A DNA stretch of 58,900 nt from Klebsormidium nitens (Eukaryota > Plantae > Klebsormidiophyceae). Position 1 is the first letter of the stretch. Every line of letters starts with the position of its first letter. The stretch spans positions 1 to 58,900 of the forward strand of contig DF237496.1 in the NCBI GenBank assembly GCA_000708835.1. Direction: 5' to 3'. A model generated the notes under the pieces. The model ran no database searches. It was not told where the DNA came from and saw only the letters and a list, made by a program, of their open reading frames with translations. Positions 34,101-45,300 of this stretch are shown in pieces. The translations under genes and the position numbers were made by a program.

Positions 34101-36692
34101 TAGAAATCGAGTACAAAGAGGGGCCTTTGCAGAGGAGATGTCACGTATACGTAGGGGCCCGTGGCTTTGCTTTTGCATTGCCTCCAACAGTATCTTCGAT
34201 CTTGCTAGCGTGAATCTATCAAAGTCCTTCTCTGCACGAAGCGTAACAGGCTTCAGGCACCGTCAGAAGCTTTCACATTGAGTTGAAGAGTCGGAAACTG
34301 AAAGAGACGAAGTTTGCAGAACAAAAAAGAGACGGGCTATCAAAGTGCGTCTGTGCAGCGCCGTTTATGTCATGCAGTACTTCGTTAGCTTGCTTCAAAC
34401 ACCATGAAGCATGTTTGAAGCAACATGTCTGAAAGAAACATGTTTGAAGCACTACTATGAGAAGGCGTAGTGCATCCTGACTACGCCTTCTCATGAATAG
34501 CATCTGAAAATGGAGGAAATTGGTATTGCAGTGGTGAGATGATCGACTCACGCTTCACGGGGGTCTACAATCTCCCCCTCTGAAGGCACCTCTGAAAGGG
34601 TCCGCCTTGGGCCAGTGTACATGACCCGTTTGAGTTTGGGACCATCCTTGTAGACGTGGAACACTGAGCACTGCGCGTCTTCTGAGAGGCGCTCCAGCAT
34701 AGTTTCGGCCTTTTTGCCTGGGCCAATCGCGGCACCTGGAACAGCATGCAAGCTGCAAGCACGGAGACAAGTTATGAGAAGGATTATGGATCACGGCTAC
34801 TAACGACGAGCGCAGCTGGTTAGAGAAGGTCAAACACGTTACAAGGGAACTCCACAAGTTTGGAAAGTGCTGCCGATTCTCAAGAGCATTGTGGCACCTG
34901 AGTCGGAATGTTGAAGGGATTCCAGGATGCAAGCTCGAGCCAAGAAAGGTGTCATGGGGAAACGTAGCAGGCCAATCGTCTACTCATGTTCCCCTCTCAG
35001 TTCCATTGTGGTTGCTACTGTTTTGGAATGGCGGTTGAAAATCAACCAGAAGGCATTGTATTGCTTTGGGAGCATGGCATTTTTGACTGCTTCGTCCGCC
35101 TACAAAAGACAGAGAAGGGCATGTAAAGAGGCGCAGAATCGAGCTTTCAACCTCACCAGAAGACTAAACGGAGAGCCTTGATATAGACTCGAGGCAAGTT
35201 TGTTCAGTTAGACAGAGATCCACCTGCTCAAGAACCTGGTCCTATTGGAGTCCTCAAATTTGAAGCCAAGCACAAGGACGTCGATTGCCACCCCCTTCCT
35301 CTGCACGACCTCAATGATGTAGTCCTCTAGCTGGCCCTCCTCGCAAAGTGTGGCGTCATACGTAACTTTATTGACAATTCCCTGCATCCAAACGTTACAG
35401 GTAGGGTCAGGTCAAGAAAGGACAAGCTTGATAGGACAATAAAGCGAGCAGTCGACTGAGACCCAAAAGGCCACATGACCATATAAATCCAGAGTGTGAT
35501 AAAACGTTCTGCCTTGTAGCAAATGCGGAAGCACAGAGCCCAGAGGGTGACGCAGTGCATATCAAACGGACAGGTCACAGCTCGAAAAGGAAAAGGAAAA
35601 TTGCTGCATGTATAACATGTATTGGCCAGCACTGCCACTCAACCCTTCATTTACATGTCGTACAATGTCTCTGCTCCAGCCCAAATTCACAAGGCGGTCA
35701 ACGTGGTTTCAACTTCAAGACCTGAAGTTTACGCAACGTGAACCAGTCTGCAACAAAACAGCAACCTGAGACCATGCTGGGACATGGATCATGGATAGAC
35801 CTTTCTTTTGCATATGTAATTATCCAAAGGAACCGTAGCTTGAACACGATTGTAGGAGGGTCCACACTATTTGATATAACAAAACTTCACCAATAGGACT
35901 TATCCAGTACCATGTCCGCAAAGACATCCAAAGGAACTTGCTATGCAACTCAATCACTCTTTGGGACAGATTCTCCACTGGAGGCGCTTTCTCATGCCGG
36001 AAGCAAAAATACAAATCTTCGAATGGAATACTCTTGCCTTTCTTACCCCATCCTTTTCGAAGCAAACCTGCAAAAGAGCCATCGCACGTCCCTCTTCCTC
36101 TGCGATGATACGTTGGACTTCTGCTTCACCTGCGAAAGTGCAGATTGAGCTCTCAATTTACCAGAACACACCAACTCCAAGAAAGCGAACTAACGAGGAC
36201 ACTTCTCTTTCCTGGAAAAACTTGAGCATGTTTTGATAGCTTGAATCTTGTGAAGTGTTTGGTTGCAAAGCTACTTGGTAGCTTTTAACAAACGGAAACT
36301 CCAGGACACAAAAGCTACTGCAACCTTTTGGTCCATTGCTCAAAACTACATGACATTGTTACCAACGAATGACCCAATTGATAAAAAAAATGGCTTGACA
36401 GCAATTACAGCCTTCTTACACGCTGCAAAACCCTTTTGCTAATCCAAGCTCCGCGTCAATCATCAAACAAGGTGCATCTGAAGGCCTGGTTGCAAGTGGT
36501 CTCGAAACTGCAGGAAATTATCTGCTTACTCTTCTTTCGCAGAGCTTCGCGCTTGACTACGACACGTGCATGCATGTGCACCTCGTCGAAATGCTCCTTC
36601 TGTCTCGTCAATTCGCGTAGGATGAATCCCATTGCCTTCCCATCTGAATCCTTTTTAGAAGCATCCACAATGACAACTGCAACTCTGGCCAT
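28162..36692 (-). CDS. Plant U-box receptor-like cytoplasmic kinase (USP-like domain, Pro/Gly-rich linker, kinase, U-box; PUB32-35-like architecture)
   Basis: Firm exons: 31886/31883-31734 (GGGGFGTVY, VAVKK), 30911-30717, 30354-30129, 29610-29417, 28881-28645 (FCCPISQ), 28347-28162 (EIMEDPVVAADGHTYER...TSPVTG...PNHTVKSAILEW). N-terminal exons are less certain: 36692 start MARVAVVIVD, ~35390-35225, ~34740-34550, ~33900-33321, ~32780-32698, 32303-32258. Confidence 0.85.
30932..31113. mobile_element. ~182-bp MITE-like element, copy C
   Basis: Direct repeat GTTTCCAAGA at 30922-30931 and 31114-31123. ~38-bp imperfect TIR that includes a perfect GCAATAGTAAG/CTTACTATTGC pair (30961-30971 and 31071-31081). 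G-rich core. Confidence 0.8.
34457..34494. repeat. Perfect 15-bp inverted repeat with 8-nt loop in a U-box kinase intron
   Basis: ATGAGAAGGCGTAGT-GCATCCTG-ACTACGCCTTCTCAT. Confidence 0.9.
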
Positions 36693-39322
36693 GTTGAAGA
36701 AGTGGCCTGCCTGCAAGAACCAGATTGAGACGCTTGTGGCATGATGCAGGAGGATTTTCAAACTCTCCTGGGTGGCCAAGCTGTTCACTCAAAGTGAGTA
36801 ACAGTGTTCAAGCAGGCTTCGGTTATATTGGTCGCTTGTCCTGTTGGCACCAAGAGTGACTTTGATTTTTTGCTTCTCGCAGATTTGATTTGAGTGTGCA
36901 GAATCAGACACTGCGCCCAACCTTTGCAGGCAAACTCCAAGCTCGCCCCTTGCCAACATGGTCACCATTGGCCTCCTAATTGAACATAGCTCTATCCAGC
37001 AAAAACATGAATGTTGAGATACTAAGCAAGGCAATAGAGTTCCAGAAAAGAATTGATCTCTTTGTCACTGTAATCAACCTTACATAATTTCTACTGCCCC
37101 GAACAGGTGACTATGCATGAGGGATTCTTGGATCTTCTTTGGAAAAAGCAGGCTTTGCCTTTAACCTTGCTTGTTCTTCACAGGTCAGAACAGCCGTCGG
37201 TCCGAACAGCCATCGCAAGTAGATGGGAGACTTCAGCCTTTTTGTTTTCGATTTTTGGGGTCAAGAGATACCATCTGTGAAGAAGATTTTTGAAGGTGCG
37301 ATGCCCACCTGTAAGCTGGCCTACCCACCTGATGAGAATAGGTTCTTGGCAGCAGAACAGGGTTCCAATGGGCCCCTTGTAAGAGCAGAACAGCCAGCAG
37401 ACACTGAAGATCAGCTTCACGTCAACAGCTCTCAAGCTTGAAAGTTGCAGATTGCGGACACCCTGGTCAATGATAGATTACTAACATGTGCACCTCGATC
37501 CCATTGATTGCGAAGGCGCCAACTTTCAGGGACTCTCTTATGAAGCAGTCATCTTTCTTGCGGGCTTCAGCGACCCGGAGCGGCCCCTGCTGCAAAAGGT
37601 GGTTCTGGGAAGAGATTCTGCCGACTCAACTGTTGAAGCTACAGCACCATTGAGAAAGGGTCAAATCTTGGTCGATAAACTGCCGGGAGAGGCTCCATGA
37701 AGCAGCTTCAACCAGAGAAAGCAGAACAGCCTGAACAGCGGAGAACCTTCTGGTGCTCAGCATTGCAGTCTCCACAGGCTACTCCTCTTAACAGCTGCAA
37801 GGGCGCGCCTCTGGTCGTCATCATGCAGGCCCAAGCATGGCATTTGTGGATCTGCATGAACACTTTGCGCTGTCCTTGCTCTTAGAGCGCGTACCTTTAA
37901 GTTTTGGGCTGTAGCCAACCCTAGAATTTGCGGGGATCCCTCGGTGCAGACTCGCGCGGAGTGTGGCATGCGGGAACGACTCAGAATTTCAGAAACTGTA
38001 ATCTGGAATCTTTTTCAGGGAATCTTTTTCCCAAACCCTAATACGTTTCTGGCAGGAACTCTCCTGAAGATACTTTTTCTAGAGCGTTACGGCCAAGTTC
38101 CGCTTTAGGAAAGCCGGTTCACCTCACAGCCGCGCAGGGGGTGGGCTGTAACGCAAGTTCCGCTGCACTGGCACTACCCGGAAGGTATGGGCCACTTGGG
38201 CCACTTGAAGTTGTTGCACTTGCTAGCGCAACAAGGGCGCCATTGGCAGACGGACCGCATTGCACTTGCTGAGTTGGTGGATCACCCCATAAGTGAAGTT
38301 GTGTTTCAGTTTAAGAGCTAAGCTCGTCAAGCACACGAGAAGTATCAGCGCATTGAGATGGGGCCTTGTCTTTTTAAAGAAGGTCAAGTAAGATGGACAA
38401 AAATTGATAGACGTTGGCACTCCTGACAGAAGTTTGCTGTCAATTTGTCTACTTTCGTCCTGTCTTCTCTAAGTAATGAGACCTTTGGAGGAGTGCAGTA
38501 TAATTCCTTGAACTACACCCCAGATGCACAGAAGGTGACCACAAGCTGCTTCAAATTTCCTGGCTCAGTTGTTCAGTGCCGACTCCTAGTCCCTATTACT
38601 ACTACTCCCAAGCACAAATATGCTCACCTCCACTTTCAAAACATCCTCTCCCCGGTTGCCCGGACGTTGGGCCCAGCTCGCGGAAGTGTCAGTGTGTCAA
38701 TCGGACCATCTTAAAAGCTCATGCTGCACTTTTGAGGTCATGCTGTGCATGTGCGCAAAGCTAGCTATCAATTTGTAGAGGGATAGAGGGGCGGCAGTCG
38801 CCGGACGCGGCCGGGAAGCGGCCAGGCGACCATAGCATGTTAAGAGATAGTCACAGTAGTGGGCATGCCAGGAATGCGATTGAGAGCATTCAACGATCTC
38901 AAAATCGACAAATTGAAACTTGCCATCCTGGTTGGTCTAGTAGTGGGCGATTTGCTGTGACGAGAACGGAAACATCCTTTTCCGGAAAATATGTTTGTTT
39001 TTACTATTTGAATACCTTCTCTTTGTGCTGCTGCCAAATTGCCTCATGGGACCTCCAATCACTTTTGCCGGTGATCCAACCATCTAAGATTGGACACGAT
39101 TAGGGCATCTCGCTCTTCTCACTCAAAGTTCTCTCAATTACGGGTCTCGCGCTGAAAGTCAGCTAGACTTCCTGAGCCGTTAATCGAACACACAAAAATA
39201 AAGTACTCTCTCGAGCTCCAGATCAGCTCGATCGAATTGAGCATTTTAAAATCTGGTCACGTAGCTTTTTGAAGTTTTGCAAAGCTTGGCAAATGCTGGT
39301 GGTGGGCTAGTAACTTAAATGC

Positions 39323-42300
39323 TCATGGGAAGATGCCAGAGATACGGTATGACGTGGAGATCTTCTCTATCGAGATCAGGTAGGCTGCGGTTCTGAAGCT
39401 GCAATTCTGTTCGACAAGAGAGAGAAAACACGCGCGTTAGGTCAGTAAGCAATCATTGGCGTATCTGCTATAGACGGCAAACAATGGGAGTCAAGATTCT
39501 CAAAAGCAGACGGACTTTCACCGGGTCCAAAAACCAAGGACAAATGGGAACAGATATGAGAACATCACAAAAGCAGTGCGCCACATTCGCTGAATGTCGC
39601 TCTCAGATGTCAAAAGAAAGGGGAGATGAACATGATCAGGCCATCCGGGTTCTGCCGGCCTGAATGAGAAGCGGAGAACTAGTCGTTTTCCGCTTCATTG
39701 CATTCCGCTTCGTTGCATTCCGACGCTGCAGAAGAGGCCTCACCTTGGCCTTCGCCATCTTGATGACGTCTTCCACAGCGATGACCATGGTCTCTTCGAG
39801 GCCGGAGAACACAAAGTCCTCCTCCGTGCCTCTGCATCATAAGATCAACACGAGCTAGATCAGTGGCAGTCCTCATACTGTCCAATTCACTTGCTTCTGA
39901 CTGTCTTTCCAAAGTATTTCCGACCACAATAATCGGTACATCGTCGAGCTCTGCTTCAGATTCTCTGCTAACGATGTCGCCGCCACTCTTCAACATGGAT
40001 AGTGCTGCCAAGGTTGAGTGAAATTTTCAGTCACACGACACGTTCAGAAGATCCAGACAACGCTGTCCTTTTTGGCAGCCGTATATTGGAATCTAATTGA
40101 CGACATAGATGCAAGCATCGGAACTGCGAGGTTGGACATGGGCGAACTTGGTTATTGAGGGCGACTTCAATACTAGTGTACGGGGACCAGACCCCCGAAG
40201 TGATACAGAAGCCGAACACGTCTCAGCCCCTCATGACACCTGCTGCAATGAAAATCCGGGCGCCGAGTGTATCCTTATCTTTCTGACTACAGCGTGCCTT
40301 TTCCACATTTGTCTCAGAGCTGACAGCACTACCTGCCCTTTGTCGCTCGCTCAGGTTCTTGACTATTTCTGCCCTTTTGCAACCTTGCTTTAGTTGATGT
40401 TCATCATCTTATCCTGTGCTCAACGTCAGGACGTTTCGCTTCTTCCTTGCAGCCAACATTTCTTCAGTTGCGATGCTGCTCTGCTGAACCGGATCGCACA
40501 GGTTGGAGCCAGAAAAGGTTACCTGCTTACCCTTTGTTTTATGAGCTGTCTCGTTAACGGACTCCGCTTCTTGCCCCTCGTTGCCGACCTCAGAAGACTC
40601 GCGATCTTTTCCAACCAGAACAACGACAGCTGCTCACCCCTTAATCATGACCAGTCTCATCAGGTCGCTCAGCTTCTCGCCGTGCCGACTTCAGAAGAGT
40701 CGGCCTCCAACTTACAAAACTAAGATGTGGTTGCTGCTCACCCCTTTGCGATGAGCTTTCGCCGTGCCGCTCAGCGTGTTGCTGTTGCCGACCTCAACAA
40801 AGTCATAAAATGTTCAAAAAGTATCGCCGTGCCGACCTTAGGATAGTCGAGAACTGTCCCAAAACACAAAAACTAGAATGGTCGCTGCTCACCCCTTGGT
40901 GATGAGCTTCCGGGTCATGTCGCTCAGCTTCTTGCCACTTGCCGCCTTACAAAAGTCAAGGCGCTCACGCTGAAAAAAGGCGTTTCGCCGAGTCTTCGCG
41001 AATATCGAGTGAAACAAAAGCTAAATGTCCAGGGAAAAATGATAGATGCTCACCCCTTGGACAGGAGCTTCCGGGTCATGTCGCTCAGCTTCTTGCCGTT
41101 GCCGACCTCAACAAAGTCACAAAGCGTTCGAAAAGGACACAAAGAGCTTGCCGTGCCGACCTCAAGGAAGTCAGAAACAGTCCCGGAAAACCAGAAGTAG
41201 ATTGGTCGCTGCTCACCCCTTGGTGATAAACTTTCGGGTCATGTCGCTCAGCTTCTTGCCGTTGCCAACCCTTCACAATTCTCCAGCAAAACACAAAAGC
41301 TTGCCATGCCGACCTTAAGAGTCTCGGGAAACTGTCCCGGAAAATCAACTAGAATGTCGCTGCTCACCCCTTAGTGATGAGCTTGCGGGTCATGTCGCTC
41401 AGCTTCTTGCCGTTGCCGAACTCGGACTCGATGGCGGTCACCAGCACCTGCTTCGAGTGCTCCTCCATGCGCCGGCTCATGCGGCCGAAGCGCACGTGGT
41501 TCAGGTTCTTCAACCACTCGAAGTAGGAAACGGTCACACCGCCCTGCGCAGAGAAGGGACACGCCTCAGAGTCCGATTTGCCATCCTTCAGGTTTCTCCA
41601 TTGCGGAGGATGGGCATTTTTCCAGGTTTGGCTCAGGTGCCTGAAAGAAAACCCTTTAGAAATAAAGATACCGTCGCCGTCCTCCGCCATACTTTGCAGG
41701 CCGGAATCGAGAGTTTATTCGGGTGGCGAAAGAAGCAGACGCAGAAACCAAGCACCGAGATTTTTTCCGCCCCAAGACGACGTAGGTCCAACCCCGAGCC
41801 GAAGTTGTGCCGACAGAGCTGCTTCAGAAGTTGGCTGGTGCATTTAACGTCACACGTGTTGAACGAGCTCACCTTTGAGCCTCAGAAGAACCTTCATTGA
41901 TTCAATGTCGGCGTTTCGAAGACAGCAGATTCGGAAAGAAAGGAGGCATCAACACACGTACACCAGATAATGCCCGCACAGCTCCTGACGCACAGCCTGT
42001 AGCGCTTCTTGCGCGCACTAACCGAGTGCGATCCACTTCTCATCCCCTTTCGTTTCTACAAGCGACAATCCGAGGCCAATTTTGCAGACGACACGTGCGT
42101 GCACCAAAACCTGCTTTCGTTACTGTTGAATACCTGAATCCCAAAAAGCCGTGCTTCTCACTCACCGCGTTCATAAGCAGGTCGGGAAGGATGACCGTGC
42201 CCTTGGCCTCGAGGATGTCTTCCGCGGGCGGCGTGACGGGGCCGTTGGCGGCTTCCGCGACCAGCTTGGCCTGGATGCGCGCGGCGTTGCCCGAGTGGAT

Positions 42301-45300
42301 CTGGGACTCGAGCGCGGCGGGGATCAGCACGTCGCACGGCAGCTCCAGGATCGAGTACGGGTCCTTCACCTGGTGGCAAGAGAAAGTCGAAGGTTCAGAC
42401 TTACGGCTCAACTTGAAAATTCGAACTCTAGGGCATCGAAGCAGTGGGTCGGGCCCCCATCACTGAACGCCGCCAACACCTGAAAACCAATCATCACCAA
42501 CTCCCCATCAACCCGCATTATCAGCACCAAGACGCCGATGATGGTGCAACGCTTCTGGTATATGCTGGTAGCGCACGCATGCCAAAGCGAACGGGTGATC
42601 CTCCTCCGAAATCAAGACACCTTACACCTTACAACCTTCCTAATCTTAATACCGAAACCCGAAAGGACCTTCAGTTCGTGGCGCCTGGAATGCCGGTTAT
42701 GCTGCCGTGCTTTTGTTGGTACGCTTTCAGCCCGTGATCGTCCAAAGCTACAAAGCTCCTCAAAGTCCTCAAAGCCCAAACCCGGAAAGATCTAAGCTCT
42801 TCACCGTCTTCACGCCCGGGAAACGGATGATGTTGCCATGCTTTTCATGGGACGCTTTCAGTGCACCAACGTCAGACTACGGTCGCTTCGCCGGCACAAC
42901 CTTTAAAGCCTAAACCTCTTCACTCCCAATAAACCTAAACCCCAAACCCCAAAGTTCCTTACCGTCTTGGCGCCCGGGAAGCCGGTGATGGTGCCGTGCT
43001 TTTTATGGTACGCTTTCAGCGCGCCAAGGTCAGACTACGGTTGACTCTCCTGCAAAACCTCCAAACCCTAAACCTCTCCAATCCGATAACCCTAAACTCC
43101 AAACCCCAAAGTTCCTTACCGTCTTGGCGCCCGGGAAGCCGGTGATGGTGCCGTGCTTTTGATGGTACGCTTTCAGCGCGTCGATGTCCAGCCCGTTCTC
43201 GTCGATGAGCCCCCCGTCGTGCTCCGCGAGCGCGATCACCTTGGCCCCCGCCTTGTGCACGAACTCCGCGGTGTGCCGGCCCACGTTGCCAAAGCCCTGG
43301 ATGATCATCGTCTTGTCCTTCATGCCCGGGGCCAGGCCCAGCCGGTCGGTCAGATCCTGCGGAGTCGAAAGAGGGCCGATTGTTTAGAACCGTCTATTTT
43401 AGATGGCGGTTAACAAATCCTTCATGCATCGGTCATTAGATGAGAATTGAATCTCAAACCATCTTACGCCCGGGGTCGATCAGAGCCGGATGAAACGGGG
43501 GCGACCAGTTGGAGAGAGTATCCTTCGTAAAAACTTTTGCGAAATTTCTTTTGTGAATCTGTTTGTACGTCGTTCAGGCAGTAATTGGTTGACGGATCTT
43601 TTCGTTTTCCAAGCACTCCTTCATGCCCTGGGTGAAGCCCAGCCGATTGGCCAGATCCTGGGGATACTAATCGAGAGCCGTTGATAACGATCCGAGTCTT
43701 GTTCACCGTTTGGCTCGAACACCGAAAGCAACCTCACATAGGATTGCTTCGCATACGATACCGATATCTGTCGGCAAGACCTTGCGCATACTCAAAACGC
43801 AATCTGCGAAACACTCCGTAAGCTGCTCTCCTCTTTCAAGCGAACAATCCACGCCGGGCCCCACACCAAGGGCCCCATCAACCAATAAACCGCTCGATGC
43901 TCATCTCCAAGTCGTACGCGAACCCGTGTTCGCTCAGGTAAGAGCCACACGTTTTAACAGGTCGATGATGCAGTAAGTTGAATCTCTCTTACCTTATAAT
44001 TCAAGAACTCCCTGAGCCCATAGAACACGCCAAGTCCCGTGGCCTGCGGCCTTCCACGGATTCCTCCCTGCAAAACAAAGCAGACGATGTATTGAATCTG
44101 AGCCCAGGCAAGGTGAAGTGTTGAGACGACAAGAGCAGAAAAGTTGAAAGGCTTTTTATCACTTCAACTCTGGAATGCACGCAATCCCGTAGAATAAGAG
44201 ACGCGGCCTAAAGAAGCCCCTCAAAAGTCACACGGAACTGACTCGTCGTGGAGACGCGCCATAGAAAGGCTACACCTCCAGCCGCCCCCTGACCGGCACC
44301 TTACCTCTTCTAGCGGCTTGCCAGTCACACAGGCATGGCCGTTGATGTCATTGGGTCTCAAGCCCTGATATGTGTCCTGCAAAAGAAGACACAAGCGAAG
44401 ACGTGAGAGGCTGCTTCATTGTTAAGAGTGTCCCTGTTCCGAAAAGGCAACTCCTCATGATGGAAAACTTCAACATCCATTAGGGAAAAGAAATAATTTA
44501 TATTGCTGCGAGACTACATCAAGATTGATGCGGCCAGCTTTCTTACCTTAATCCATGCCATTTCTTGGGGCCCTGTGCCGTAGTCTGGAGCAGGAACATC
44601 CTGCAAAGGTGTTCATACGACAATTTACTTGTGGAATTCACCAAACCTCCATGTTCGTTGAACACCATGACGTCAGCTCGTTCCACCAGGGAGCAGACAA
44701 CGATGATACCATAGCCAACAAACGGCCGGCTCAGCTTAGAAGCTTGCCGAGGCCGACACAGCGACAAAGAAGCAAGAAACTTCGACACGACGATGGGGTT
44801 CCTGTCAGTTGGGTATGCTTACAAGGGCGGGGCCAATGAAGTTCTTCTTGACCAGCTCGGCAGTGTACCTTCGGATGATGGCCTCCTTCTCGTAGATTGT
44901 GTACTTCTTGGGATCTGGCACACAGCAAACGGGATAATTTATCCAAGTTTCCCCATTGAGATAGTGACCACAGATACTAACCACAGACGAGACTAGTTCA
45001 TACATGCCAGGACCTTCCCTACGAGCTTGTCGACGGCAAACGAGCAAATGCAAGCGCCATGGTAAGAACAAACCTTTGCAATGATTCTTCCATGGATGTT
45101 TGGCATCAAGGACATTTCCCCTCATAGTTTTCTCCTTCGACCCAATCATCGGATCTTTTCATAACATGGTTGACGCAGGAGTCTCCGAATGAAGGATCCG
45201 TTGTGCCAGCTATGTAAGCTGCACTCACCGATCTTGATACCCCCCTTGGCGCCCCCGAAGGGAACATCGACCAGGGCGCACTTGAAGGTCATCAGAGCTG

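Noticed and set aside
33153-34213. Long overlapping ORFs (269 aa on -, 218 aa on +)
   Set aside because: Alternative-frame and antisense shadows of the GC-rich Pro-rich exon of the U-box kinase.
37178-37969. Several 60-85 aa ORFs on both strands upstream of the U-box kinase
   Set aside because: No motifs and no consistent exon chain; more likely 5' UTR or promoter sequence. uORF function cannot be supported from sequence alone.
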